A DNA stretch of 64,000 nt from Candidatus Bathyarchaeota archaeon. GTDB lineage: Archaea > Thermoproteota > Bathyarchaeia > 40CM-2-53-6. The stretch is from the NCBI GenBank assembly GCA_963833125.1, contig CAWHWX010000014.1, positions 1-64,000 of the forward strand, given 5' to 3'. Shown here in pieces: positions 41,125 to 51,693 of the stretch; the first letter of the stretch is position 1; every line of letters begins with the position of its first letter. A program made the position numbers and the translations under genes. The notes under the pieces were generated by a model. That model was not told the DNA's origin, did no database searches, and saw only the letters and a list, made by a program, of their open reading frames with translations.

Positions 41125-41271
41125 TCAGAGTTTGTGTTCTAGTGCTTTGATTCGGCGTTCGAGTTCTTCGACCCGTCTCGTGAGACCGTGGATAGCTTTG
41201 TGATGACCGTAACTGTGATCCACAAGATCGTCGAACAGTTTCTTCAATTCCCGAGCGGTCTTCTCTTCCAC
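41125..41271 (-). CDS. Small coiled-coil protein (~48 aa); absent from the ORF track
   Basis: (M)EEKTARELKKLFDDLVDHSYGHHKAIHGLTRRVEELERRIKALEHKL, heptad pattern. Confidence 0.5.
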   Translation of the reverse strand: MEEKTARELKKLFDDLVDHSYGHHKAIHGLTRRVEELERRIKALEHKL

Positions 41272-41445
41272 CAAACCCAATCGACCAACAATTGATCCCC
41301 CCGTTATTTATTCATGATTTTAACAGGTAGTTTTGTGTCGGTCTCGTACTGCACACATAAGTAATCTTCCTGAGATTCATCTATAGTCCTCCAAGCGTCA
41401 AGTCAAAAGTTTTTCACCAGCATTCGACTGCGCAGCTGCGGGCGT

Positions 41446-43235
41446 ATGACTACGGCAGCAGCGAAGAAGACCTCGGAGGAACGGGAAGAGGCAAGAATCG
41501 GTATGCTCACCATAATCTCCGGAATCATCGGTCTTAGCCGCAGGATTTCTCGCTTATCATTCTTTACCATCTGATAGGCTTGTTGACAAACCTATTTTTC
41601 TATCAGAAATTCAATTTTTCGTTCGCGTCGCCGCAATACAATACACTTGGATTACTGGTCATACTGGTCCCAGCTTTCGGTGGATTGATTGCCGGCTTAA
41701 TGATCAAGTACGGATCAGCGAAAATTATAGGTCACGGGATACCTGAAACGATCGAGTCCGTTCTCCTATCGAAAAGCAAAATCGAACCAAAAGTCGGACT
41801 TCTGAAAGCTCTTTCCGCTGCCTTCACGATCGGATCCGGTCAACCCTTCGGGGCGGAGGGGCCGATAATTCAGACCGGTGGCGCCTTTGGTTCGTTTATC
41901 GGGCAACTGATCAGCGTTACTGGTTCTGAAAGAAGGATTCTGTTAGCCTGTGGCGCTGCCGCGGGGATGGCCGCGACATTCGGCACACCGATATCGGCAG
42001 TCTTTCTGGTGATAGAACTTCTTCTGTTCGAGTTTCGCGTCAAGTCATTGATCCCAGTGGCAGTAGCCTCGGCGATAGGTGCGTGGATGCATATCTACTT
42101 GATATCTCCTCAACCCCTGTTCTCGACATCTGTGCACAGTTTCGGAGGGCTCGACTCACTCCCATTCTACGTCCTGCTGGGGATATTATCGGGGTTGCTT
42201 GGAACGGGCCTTTCCCGTGGTCTTTACAAAACAGAAGACGCGTTTCGTAAACTTCCTCTCGGTCAGCCGTGGTTGCCGATTCTTGGCGGCCTCGCCGTCG
42301 GCGTGATCGGCTTTGTGGTACCCAAGATACTCGGCGTGGGATACGATGTGATAAACGCGATTATCAATTCCAAAGTGACGTTAGAACTGGCAACTCTGAT
42401 CTTGATTACGAAGGCAGTGGCTTGGCTGCTTGCGATGGGGTCTCAAACTTCGGGTGGTACACTCGCGCCCCTCTTCATGGTTGGTAGCGCACTTGGCCTC
42501 ATCTTTGGAACCATTGTAGTTGCGTTCTTTCCAGGACTCGGTATAGTTCCTACAGTGTTTGCGATTGCAGCCATGGCCGCTGTATTTGGAACCGCGTTGC
42601 GGGCTCCTTTCACATCAATCGTGTTCGCCCTGGAAGTCACGCAGGCCTACCAGGGAGTTCTCCCAGTAATCATAACGGTAGTGATAGCAGAATTGGTAGG
42701 TGAGTATCTCATGGCAGATTCTATTATGACCGAAAAGTTGGCTCGAAGGGGAATGAGAGTCCGTCACATATACGAATTCAATCCATTGCGGCAGGTCAGA
42801 GTTTCTTCGCTAATGTCCCCGCTCCAAGCAATTGACGCAAGAGAGAAGGTCGTCGATTTGTTCAAGAAGATTAACAGTCCTGGTAATGAGCTCGGTAAGA
42901 GGAAACACATTGTTGTTCTCAAAGACGGGAAAGCCGTAGGTGTTGTCGACAGACCTCAATTGTTTGAGGGAGCCTCGAAGGCTGATCCGGATATGATGGT
43001 AGAAGTGATTTCCTCCAAGTCCTTCCTAACTGTTCCTGAGGATGAATTTGGCTTCGAGGCGATGAGGTTAATGACACTGAATAATGCTCCATTCCTTGTG
43101 GTCGAGAACAAGGAGCATAATCCAGTAGGATATCTTTCGAGAGGAGACCTAATCCGGGCTCAGAAAGACAAGATCTCGGACGATACAATCGTTGAGAAAG
43201 GCCTCTTGGCTCGATTTATGCAAAAACGACCATAG
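41446..43235 (+). CDS. ClC chloride channel/antiporter with CBS domains; N-terminal frameshift near 41540
   Basis: GHGIPE, GAEGPII, GGTLAP, C-terminal CBS pair. Confidence 0.9.
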
Positions 43236-43462
43236 AACATAGAACAATCTAACAACTCTTCAAATCGCTATACTCCACCCTGTTTTCATGTATGTGATAT
43301 CCATGGTGTGAGACTTAGAAGGTAAATCGCCGTCGTTCGCGTTTTCGTGTGTGTGGCCGGTGAAATTTGAATCGTCGGAGATGTGATTCAGATCGGCCCA
43401 ACGCAATACTTGGTTCTTCTTATTTCGAGTAAATTCGTTACCAATGAAGTGACTGCTCGCAG

Positions 43463-43942
43463 CTAGTGAGTTTGAGTTCTTGATGCTATTGCGGCGTGTG
43501 CAAGTTTTTCCCCGGGTGAGCCTCTCCAGCCACGTATTGTCCTCCAGAGATTGTAGAAATGCAGGTACAAAGCGATAACCAGTAAGGAGAGTGAGCCGAG
43601 CACAAGAAACTTCGAATCGAAACTGTAAGGGAGCATTCCGGAAAAACCTACGCTCATTCCGATAACTCCGATATTCATCAACCAAAATTGGATCTTCGCA
43701 AGTCTTAGGCTATGAAGGAAAGCATGAGCGAATGATGGAACAAACAGGTAGGACAAACCGAATATCATCATTGCCACGAAACCATAAAGCTGCATGAAGT
43801 AGAATGCTGTCATCTCAAAAGAAAGCACGTGACCGAAAGTCAGCAGAAGCAACGTCCCTCCTGCAACAAGGTAAATGAGACTTGCCTTCACATACCTTAA
43901 ACTCAGCTGCATAACGACAGCCGCAATCGGCCCCTGAGCCAA
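43463..43942 (-). CDS. Four-helix membrane protein (heme-copper oxidase subunit-like/NnrS-like segment)
   Basis: LYGFVAMMIFGLSYLFVP, IQFWLMNIGV. Confidence 0.6.
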   Translation of the reverse strand: MAQGPIAAVVMQLSLRYVKASLIYLVAGGTLLLLTFGHVLSFEMTAFYFMQLYGFVAMMIFGLSYLFVPSFAHAFLHSLRLAKIQFWLMNIGVIGMSVGFSGMLPYSFDSKFLVLGSLSLLVIALYLHFYNLWRTIRGWRGSPGEKLAHAAIASRTQTH

Positions 43943-44781
43943 AATCGTAATACCAGCATCTCAGCGTCCAGGTTCTATCAATATTAGTGTAACTGAAAAT
44001 AAGGCGAAGTTTTCTCTGTCAACTCACCAACGATTGAGCGCCGATGGTATCCTCTGCTGTGAACCCACAATCCATCGGTATAAGTAGCGTCTCGATCCGG
44101 CAACGGTTGGGTTGAAGCGTTAGACCGTAAGCTTTTGTTGCACCAACTACTGTCCGCTCGAATGAATCATAGGAACAATCAGGGAAGAGTCAGCGGGGTG
44201 CAAGTACGTTATGGTGAAGAAGACTAAAGTGAAGTGTGTTGCATGTGGGACCGTTGTGCGCGGCCGTCCCGCTTACTTGAGATTGAAGATTACTCATAGT
44301 CAACCAAGTTTGATTGAGTCATCGAAAGCGTTGGGCTTCACCTCGCCAAGTTGGGGAATTGGAGATGTTATGGATGCTCCGATGCATCGTAAGTGCTTCA
44401 GCTTTGCTACACGGGTGTGGAAGCTTGCCTTCGTCACGCGGGCTCTCAGTCCGCGCCGTCACGCCGGCGAACTGCCCCATCCATCCGTTTAGGCTGCCAA
44501 TGTTTCCATGCTGGTAAGAACCTTGAAATGTCCAACTTGTCCGCATTCCTTGAGCAACCATTGCTGTAGGTGTGACCGTATCATCCCACCCGAGAATCAG
44601 CAGCTCAGAATCCGTCCACTGAGGAACAAAATCAGCAGCGATCTCAGCCTGCATCTGCTATGCGAACAATGCTACGAAGATAGAGCGAGAGCAGCTCAAC
44701 AGGTCTAATGAACTACGTTGGAGTTCCCCATGGAGGGCATCTAGTCTGTGGGTGTGGGTCTAGTGGCGCGGGCAAGCAAAT

Positions 44782-44826
44782 TTGAAACGGGTTATATATA
44801 CCGGTAAATTGGGGACAGGATTCCCT
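44782..44826 (+). repeat. Short boundary motif, copy C (upstream of the rib operon)
   Basis: TTGAAACGGGTTATATATACCGGTAAATTGGGGACAGGATTCCCT; imperfect direct repeat of 50270-50314. Confidence 0.7.
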
Positions 44827-44882
44827 TAGCGACCTCTAAGTCTTACTCGGGACAAATTGTGGGATAACTTATTTTTTAGTTC

Positions 44883-44959
44883 CTACGATCGTAGTAGTAA
44901 CGCTTATTAGATGTTGCACGGATCTACTCGTAATTTAGTTAATACTCATTTACTAGTAA
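44883..44959. promoter_or_regulatory. AT-rich region upstream of ribB with palindromes, possible operator sites
   Basis: Perfect palindromes CTACGATCGTAG (44883-44894) and TTACTAGTAA (44950-44959). Confidence 0.35.
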
Positions 44960-44981
44960 TCGATAAATACCGTTTTTCGCT

Positions 44982-45704
44982 GTGTTCGGTGATATGATGA
45001 CCTCTGAGTATCTAACGAACAATCTCGATGCTGCGATTAGCGGATTGAGAGAGGGGAGATTCCTCCTGCTTCATGACTCGGACTCTCGGGAAGATGAAGT
45101 GGATATGGTCGTCGCAGCTGAGCGAGTTACTCCAGAACACATTAGAGCGATGAGAACCGACGCGGGCGGTCTAGTGTGCGTTGCTCTCGATAATGAAATT
45201 GGACGAGCTTTAGGGATCCCGTATCTGCAGGACGTTCTTTTGTCAGCCTCGGAGAAATACCCTCTCCTTCGGTCACTTCATGAAGAAATCGCACCCTACG
45301 GGGGGAAGTCAGCGTTTTCAATAACTGTAAACCACCGACGAACCTTCACAGGCATAACTGATCGAGACAGAGCGCTAACAATCAGAGAATTGGCAAAGCA
45401 AACCAAAGCCGCTGTTAACAGAGAAGCAGATTGTCAGAAAACATTTGCTTCGGAATTCAAAGCTCCGGGACACGTACACCTCCTCTTGGAGGCTCAAGGT
45501 TCACTGAGAGAAAGGCGTGGGCACACGGAGTTATCGGTGTACTTGACTAAGCTCGCAGGCCTGACCCCAGCCGCCGTAATCTGCGAGATGCTTGATGGGA
45601 AGACTCACGACGCGCTCACCGTTGAAAACGCAACAAATTACGGTCAAATGCATTCGATCCCGCTCCTGGATGGGCAGCAATTGGTAACCCGTTTTCTGGG
45701 ATAG
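44982..45704 (+). CDS. ribB: 3,4-dihydroxy-2-butanone 4-phosphate synthase
   Basis: DSDSREDEVD, SAFSITVNH, TGITDRDRALT, PGHV, RRGHTE, ICEML. Confidence 0.95.
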   Translation: MFGDMMTSEYLTNNLDAAISGLREGRFLLLHDSDSREDEVDMVVAAERVTPEHIRAMRTDAGGLVCVALDNEIGRALGIPYLQDVLLSASEKYPLLRSLHEEIAPYGGKSAFSITVNHRRTFTGITDRDRALTIRELAKQTKAAVNREADCQKTFASEFKAPGHVHLLLEAQGSLRERRGHTELSVYLTKLAGLTPAAVICEMLDGKTHDALTVENATNYGQMHSIPLLDGQQLVTRFLG

Positions 45705-45736
45705 AACCCGAACCGGCCTCACCACTAGCGATCATT

Positions 45737-46198
45737 ATGCCTGACGTCAAATTGGGGATAGTAGTGGCTGAATTCTACGAAGAATTAGCCGGGAAAATGC
45801 TAAAACAAGCCCTGAAACACGCCTCGGAACTCAACGCCCTAACCACCTACGTCTGCAAGGTTCCAGGTTCATACGACATGCCCATTATGATTCAGGCCTT
45901 ACTTGAGAAGAATGACGTTGACGCTGTAGTCACTTTGGGTGCAATAGTGCGCGGGAAAACCAAACACGACGAGGTCATCGCGCATGCACTCGTCACCAAA
46001 ATGGTGGAACTATCTCTCCGCTACAAGAAGCCTGTGACGCTTGGAGTCGCCGGCCCAGGGATGACATTTCAGCAGGGGAAGACCCGGTCGAAGGACTTCG
46101 CGAATCGAAGTGTGGGCGCTGCTATCAAACTGGTTCTTCGCCAGAGAGACCTAACAAAACGAAGGTTGAATCCGACTTATCCGGTAGTGATAGAATAA
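45737..46198 (+). CDS. ribH: 6,7-dimethyl-8-ribityllumazine synthase
   Basis: LGIVVAEF, VPGSYDMP, TLGAIVRGKTKHDEVI. Confidence 0.9.
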   Translation: MPDVKLGIVVAEFYEELAGKMLKQALKHASELNALTTYVCKVPGSYDMPIMIQALLEKNDVDAVVTLGAIVRGKTKHDEVIAHALVTKMVELSLRYKKPVTLGVAGPGMTFQQGKTRSKDFANRSVGAAIKLVLRQRDLTKRRLNPTYPVVIE

Positions 46199-46966
46199 TT
46201 GAGCATCAATCAAGTCCAAATGACGTTAATCCAACTTGACAATTACGGACCTTGGACCGGGACGCTCGGCAGCGATAGAGAACATAAGCTTCAGATCCTT
46301 CAGGCAGAGTTGTACTCCGCGATTGAAGGAAGTTTTGCTGACCGAGGAGGACTCGTTTTCTTCAACAGATTTGACGAAATGCTAGCCGTCTCAAACGGCA
46401 TAACAGAAACTGAGCATAAGAAGATCATTGACGATTTGCAAAAAGAATTCCCGGTAACCCTCAGCATGGGCATAGGAGTAGCTAAAACGCCTTTTCAAGC
46501 CCAGTTGAGGGCGTCCAAACTTCTCCAAGAGAGAGGAAGCGCTCAATCGCCGACAAGAAGAAGCATGATCGCTCACCAAGGATCTCTAGAATTAGCTAGG
46601 TCCTATGTCCAGGTTGCCCATTTCGACATCGATGGGATAACTGAAACCCACACAGATCACGCCTCTGCCTACGACACATCATTGTTTATCATGACATTAG
46701 GTGCCGAACTTATGCAGTCGTTCAGAGAACAAGAAGCGCTGTTGTTCTTCGTGGGCGGCGACAACTTCATAGGCGTAGCTAACGGCGTGAGCGTTGAACA
46801 AATAGAGTCACTCCTCACACACTACCGTTCTAGAAACATCAAAATGAAGTGCGGAATCGGAATCAGCCGGGCGGGAAGGAAAGCGGCAGAACTCGCCACC
46901 CTGAACCTGGACCTCATCCGAAATACAAACGGTGGCAAATCGATTCTATCAACGACAAGTCTGTGA
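46199..46966 (+). CDS. gch3: GTP cyclohydrolase III (archaeal, ArfA)
   Basis: IQLDNYGPWT..LGSDREHKLQ.LQ, RFDEM, AHFDIDGIT, FVGGDNF. Confidence 0.92.
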   Translation: MSINQVQMTLIQLDNYGPWTGTLGSDREHKLQILQAELYSAIEGSFADRGGLVFFNRFDEMLAVSNGITETEHKKIIDDLQKEFPVTLSMGIGVAKTPFQAQLRASKLLQERGSAQSPTRRSMIAHQGSLELARSYVQVAHFDIDGITETHTDHASAYDTSLFIMTLGAELMQSFREQEALLFFVGGDNFIGVANGVSVEQIESLLTHYRSRNIKMKCGIGISRAGRKAAELATLNLDLIRNTNGGKSILSTTSL

Positions 46967-46974
46967 ATCGAACC

Positions 46975-48220
46975 ATGGAGAGCCTTGTAGAGAACGTTTC
47001 CCTAATTCTCGGTGAAGATTTTCAGGTAATCAAAAACGGCTATATCGTAATCGATGGCGGCAAGATCGCTTCAGCAGGCGAAGGAGAACCGCCCAGTTCC
47101 ACGCAGAGCTCGAGAAATGTCCTGAACGGACAAGGGCTACTTGCAATTCCAGGCCTGATTGATGCCCACACCCACCTAGCGGATTCAGTAGCCAAGGATT
47201 TGGGAACTGGGTCAAGCCTTGACGTGCTCGTCCATCCTATTCATGGGTTGAAGACTACTCTCCTCAAGGAGGCGCCTGAAGCACAGATTTGTGAGGCCAT
47301 GGCGGCGACTGCGGGAGACATGCTTGCTTCAGGCATCACTACTTTCGCAGACTTCAGAGAAGGAGGACTAGCAGGCGCTCAGTTAGCCGAAAGGGCTCTT
47401 CGCAGAAACAAGTTACGCGCACTGATTCTTGGAAGACCGAACTATCACTTCAGTGAGGAACTCGTGGTTGACGAATCGAGGCAACTAACCCCAGAGACAA
47501 TGCTCGAACTACAACAGACCCTGGAATTGTGCAGTGGCCTTGGTATAAGCGGCCCTAACGAATATAGCGATAATGCAATGAAGCAAATTTCTCGGATCGC
47601 GAAAGGCACGTGTAAACTGGTCGGAGTGCATGCATCGGAGAGTGCGAAATCGAGACAATTCTCACATGAAAAATTCTCCAGAAGTGAAGTAGAGAGAGCA
47701 TTAGATCACTTAAGGCCCGACTTCCTAGTCCATCTCACGAATTCAACAGTCGAAGAATGGGAGAGGGTTTCCAAGAACCACGTACCCGTCGTTTGCTGCC
47801 CAAGGGCAAATTCAATTCTCGGTCTAGGATTCCCACCAATCCTTGAACTCATCGAAAACGGCGTCACTGTGGCATTGGGGACGGACAATGTTATGCTCAA
47901 CACCCCAGACATGTTTAGAGAGATGGACTACACTTCGAAAATGCTTCGAGCCAAACGGACTTGACGCAGGGGCGATATCGCCAAGAGAGATATTGAAGAT
48001 GGCCACGGTGAATGCGGCGAAAGCTCTAGGATTAGGTTCGGAGTTAGGATGTATCGAGGAAGGAAAGAGAGCTGACATAGCATTCCTCAACCTGAACAGC
48101 CCTAACCTCTGCTTCTCGAAGGACCTGATATCTTCAGTCGTTCACAGAGCCAGGCCAGATGATGTAAAATGCGTGTTGATAGACGGAGAGGTCGTGCATG
48201 GGTCAATTCCCACCAACTGA
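46975..48220 (+). CDS. Metal-dependent amidohydrolase (deaminase-like); frameshift near 47950
   Basis: PGLIDAHTHLAD, DFREGG, HASES, VHLT, CPRAN, ALGTDN, MATVNAAKALG. Confidence 0.85.
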
Positions 48221-48876
48221 GTTTCACAAGAGGCCCAGAGTCCTACTCGCTGCAGCTATGACCTTGGATGGTAAGATAGCTACCCGAGCGCGAGATTCCA
48301 GTATATCATCAACGGTTGACTTGAAAAAACTCCACAGATTAAGGAGCCGGGTAGACGCAGTAATGATAGGAAGGGGAACACAGGTTAAGGACAACCCCCG
48401 CTTGACAGTCAGGCGGATAAAAGGGAAAAACCCAGTTCGAATTGTTATTGATAGTCTTGCGAGAACACCGCCAAATGCGAAGGCTTTGTCTAAAGAGGGC
48501 GGCAGCACGATTATTGCTGTGTCAAACAAAGCGCCCAAGAGTCGCATAGACCGACTGCAACTAAAGGGCGCCAGGATCATCCGCTGCGGGAATCGACATG
48601 TGGACCTCAGAAAACTACTCACAATTCTACGGAGGATGGGAATCAGAAGCGTGTTGCTTGAGGGAGGAGGTAAGCTGAATTGGTCAATGTTGCTCGAGAA
48701 ATTGGTGGACGAAATCCAGGTTACCGTATCACCATTCGTCGTCGGCGGAGAGAAAGCCACGACGTTGGTCGAAGGATTCGGTGTAGATAGAATGAGTCAC
48801 GCCGATCAGGCTGTCGCTATTAAGAGCAAACCGGAACGGAAACGAACTAATCCTGAGGTACAAGGTGAGAAATTAG
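48198..48876 (+). CDS. arfC: 2,5-diamino-6-ribosylamino-4(3H)-pyrimidinone 5'-phosphate reductase (ArfC/RibD C-terminal domain); frameshift near 48802
   Basis: AMTLDGKIA, DAVMIG, DNPRLT, LLEGGGKLN. The shifted frame gives a typical end ..GNELILRYKVRN* at 48876. Confidence 0.85.
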
Positions 48877-49637
48877 TGCAAGCCGACGCACAGCACTTAT
48901 CGACATTGACCTGGGAGAAGGTTGGGGAATCCATCAAAGCCCACACATCCAAAGTAATTATTCCCATTGGGAGTCTAGAACAACACGGCCCACATCTACC
49001 ACTCTCAACAGACACGACAATTGCGGATTACGTCGCCAAGCATGTAGCAAGACGATGCGCAGACACGTTCCTAATGCCACCATTGCAGCTTGGCTGCTCT
49101 AGTGAGCACCTTGGGTTTGCCGGAACAATATCCCTTCAGCCAGAGACGATATCCAGAATTATCCTCGACATTTCTAATAGCCTTCTGAAGAGTGGGTTAA
49201 GCGAGTTATTCATCGTAAACGGTCACGGCGGCAACAGAGGACCCTTAGACGCAGCAATAACCAAGGCCAAAGAAACGATTCCCGCAATTCGGCTTTACTC
49301 ATTTACGATCGTCGATATCGTCAAAGGAAAATTCGATGAAATTCGCAAGTCAGCAAGAGGACTTGTTGGCCACGCAGACGAGATTGAAACCTCAATGATG
49401 CTCGTCATCCAACCTGAAACTGTTGACATGTCGAAGGCAGTTTGCGAAGAACCCTCGCTGCCCAAGGGTCTATCTTTTGAAAGAGAGGACCTAGCGAAAA
49501 TGTCGTTCGCGTGGACGGCGAAGGAATTGACAAGGACGGGTGTAATTGGGGATCCCCAGGTAGCCGCCCCTGAGACCGGCAAGGTTCTGCTTGACTTTGC
49601 GATTGATTTCATTTCCAAATCAATCAACGAACTTTGA
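48876..49637 (+). CDS. arfB: Creatininase family, likely FAPy deformylase (ArfB)
   Basis: IPIGSLEQHGPHLPLSTDT, SSEH, NGHGGN, HADEIETS, GVIGDP; operon context. Confidence 0.75.
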   Translation: MQADAQHLSTLTWEKVGESIKAHTSKVIIPIGSLEQHGPHLPLSTDTTIADYVAKHVARRCADTFLMPPLQLGCSSEHLGFAGTISLQPETISRIILDISNSLLKSGLSELFIVNGHGGNRGPLDAAITKAKETIPAIRLYSFTIVDIVKGKFDEIRKSARGLVGHADEIETSMMLVIQPETVDMSKAVCEEPSLPKGLSFEREDLAKMSFAWTAKELTRTGVIGDPQVAAPETGKVLLDFAIDFISKSINEL

Positions 49638-49640
49638 AGG

Positions 49641-50249
49641 TTGCTCGAAATGTTCGCAGGCATTGTGGAGCAGCTAGCCACCGTCATCTCAACTTCGAAG
49701 CCTCCGGGCAAAACCGCTTCGATACAATTGAAACTGGGAGCCTTGGGGAAAGATGTCAGAAAGGGAGAGAGTCTATGTGTAAACGGCGTGTGCCTGACCG
49801 TTACGTCGAACCGTAAGGGAATCGTCTCTCTTAGCGTCATCGAAGAAACCTTGCGTGTCACGAACCTTGGGTTACTCGTTAAAGGCACAAAGGTAAACAT
49901 TGAGCGAAGCCTGCGGGCCTCGGACAGGATTAGTGGGCATTTTGTTTCTGGCCACGTAGACGGGATTGGAAGAATCGCACAGATAGAGCAAATGCCCGAT
50001 GGATCGGTTAAGACATGGATCAACAGCCGAACCCTCCTCACTTCAATGATGATACCCAAGGGGTCGGTTGCCGTAGATGGGATTAGCCTTACACTAGTTG
50101 ACGTCAAAGAAAATTCGTTCTCAATCTGCCTGATACCACACACGCTTTCAACTACAACACTAGGTTACAAGACCGAAGGCGCCACAGTTAACATCGAAGT
50201 GGACATGATCGGGAAATACGTAAGGAAAGCCATTGAAGAAATCAAATAA
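49641..50249 (+). CDS. ribE: Riboflavin synthase, bacterial-type alpha chain
   Basis: MFAGIVE, VNGVCLT, VNIERS, GHFVSGHVD, KGSVAVDGISLT, LIPHT. Confidence 0.93.
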   Translation: MLEMFAGIVEQLATVISTSKPPGKTASIQLKLGALGKDVRKGESLCVNGVCLTVTSNRKGIVSLSVIEETLRVTNLGLLVKGTKVNIERSLRASDRISGHFVSGHVDGIGRIAQIEQMPDGSVKTWINSRTLLTSMMIPKGSVAVDGISLTLVDVKENSFSICLIPHTLSTTTLGYKTEGATVNIEVDMIGKYVRKAIEEIK

Positions 50250-50269
50250 GAAAGCGCCAACAACATAAC

Positions 50270-50318
50270 TTGAAGCAGGGTAAATATATCGGTAAGTTGG
50301 GGTCAGAATCCCCTGCCC
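50270..50318 (+). repeat. Short boundary motif, copy D (downstream of the rib operon)
   Basis: TTGAAGCAGGGTAAATATATCGGTAAGTTGGGGTCAGAATCCCCTGCCC. Confidence 0.7.
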
Positions 50319-50400
50319 TTCTCCGGAGGGTTTGATTCGTCATTCTGACGTATACTTCAGAACAGATCAAGGCAACTAGAACAATTACTTCATGCTTCGT

Positions 50401-50589
50401 CTACGCTGGTAGTTTGGATGCTTGCTGTCCTCTTGTTCCCCAATTGGATTTTGGCACGTCGTGGATTACGATGTGCAGTGATTCGGCTTTTGTTCCGATC
50501 TCTTCAAAAGCTCTTGTTATCCCTTTGATCAGTGTCTCCTTCTGTTCTGAAGTTCTTCCTTCCCACATCTCAACTATGACTACGGGCAT
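50401..50589 (-). CDS. 4-oxalocrotonate tautomerase family
   Basis: N-terminal Pro; MPVVIVEMWEGRTSEQK...IHDVPKSNWGTRG. Confidence 0.92.
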   Translation of the reverse strand: MPVVIVEMWEGRTSEQKETLIKGITRAFEEIGTKAESLHIVIHDVPKSNWGTRGQQASKLPA

Positions 50590-50650
50590 ACGATTTCACC
50601 TCTTTGCCTAAGCGTGCATGTTGAACTAGGAGGTTTCGCCTGTAGATTGT

Positions 50651-50820
50651 ATTTACTAGTAAACTGGGCTGAAATCTCCTGCCCCATCGCCGGGGCCAGG
50701 CAGGGAAAACATGACCGGACTCGCACCTTATTTGGTTCAAGTCCCTCCGGACCCGCCGCTAATGGGGTTCAGATCCGAATTATAGAAGCTGTACCGGTAC
50801 TTGGGGGTTAGGATCTCCTT
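50651..50820 (+). repeat. Cluster of degenerate boundary motifs (E 50651-50685, F 50790-50820) and a tRNA-3'-end-like scar (50734-50757)
   Basis: TTTACTAGTAAACTGGGCTGAAATCTCCTGCCCC; GGTTCAAGTCCCTCCGGACCCGCC; TGTACCGGTACTTGGGGGTTAGGATCTCCTT. Confidence 0.55.
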
Positions 50821-50886
50821 CACGATTTCATTTCCTGGCGATTTGCATTTAAGACACGTAAATGCATGAGTTAACTGCGGGAATGC

Positions 50887-51201
50887 TTGGGTATGGCTTT
50901 CTTCCTTTGTAAGCTGATAGCTCCTCGATCAACATTCGCTCAAGACATGACCGAGTCGGAAAGAAAGCTAATGGGGGAACATGGCGGGTACTGGAGAACA
51001 TTGGCAGACAGAGGCGTCGCAGTAGTTTTCGGCCCGGTAATGGATCCTAAGGGAGCCTGGGGTTTGGGCCTCCTAGAAGCAAAAGATGAAACTGAAGTAC
51101 GCGCCTTACTAGCGGACGACCCAGTGACCAAGGCAAATGCTGGTTTCCGGTACGAGATCAATCCGATGGCTCAAGCAACATTACGAAAAGGACTATTCTA
51201 G
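50887..51201 (+). CDS. YciI family protein
   Basis: H..YW, FGPVMDPKG, LLADDP. Confidence 0.85.
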   Translation: MGMAFFLCKLIAPRSTFAQDMTESERKLMGEHGGYWRTLADRGVAVVFGPVMDPKGAWGLGLLEAKDETEVRALLADDPVTKANAGFRYEINPMAQATLRKGLF

Positions 51202-51501
51202 CGATAGCAAGTTAGGGCTCGAATTCGAATCTATTCCCAACCTAGATCTAGCTGAATATATCCAGATAGCGAAAAACCGACTGACACAAAAGCCTACAGC
51301 GGAAACCAAGGGTTGCTAGAACCACTAGCTTTTCTCATGTCCCGCCAACTCGACGAAACTTTACAGCGACAAGGGGCCTGTTCAGCCGATGCAGACTTGA
51401 CGTTACCTCTCAAAGACTGGCAGACGAAGTCCCCCTAGTACTCTGGTGAATCTTCGCACAACGATATTCCGTAGCGTTTCCATCCGCTAAAACCGATTCG
51501 T

Positions 51502-51693
51502 ATGAACGGCCTTACGGAAATCAAATGCCAGCACGAAGGGTGCAGAGAAAAGATTCAGATACTTTGCCCTGAAGGCTATTCTACCTGGAGCTATCGAAAA
51601 CCGAGCGACTCGACCAAATACAAGAAAGAACGTTATCCGTGCAAATCTCGCCACGAAACAACCGTCTACTGGACCTTGTCAGGAATACCTTAG
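51502..51693 (+). CDS. Small Cys/His-rich hypothetical protein
   Basis: 63 aa; CQHEGC...CKSRH. Confidence 0.45.
   Translation: MNGLTEIKCQHEGCREKIQILCPEGYSTWSYRKPSDSTKYKKERYPCKSRHETTVYWTLSGIP

Noticed and set aside
48198-49637. Apparent 479-aa ArfC-creatininase fusion in the ORF track
   Set aside because: An alternative frame after ~48802 gives the normal reductase C-terminus and a stop at 48876 overlapping a GTG start, so the fusion is likely an indel artefact.
49295-50143. Long antisense ORFs (e.g. 49295-50143, 48224-48760, 59277-59747, 22022-22486)
   Set aside because: They are shadows of well-supported genes or tRNAs on the opposite strand and carry no motifs.
41021-50820. CRISPR array, ORB origin boxes or integron attC as explanations for the short repeats
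   Set aside because: Copies are irregularly spaced and degenerate with no cas genes, and they do not match ORB (TCCA-N-TGGA) or attC (RYYYAAC...GTTRRRY) patterns.
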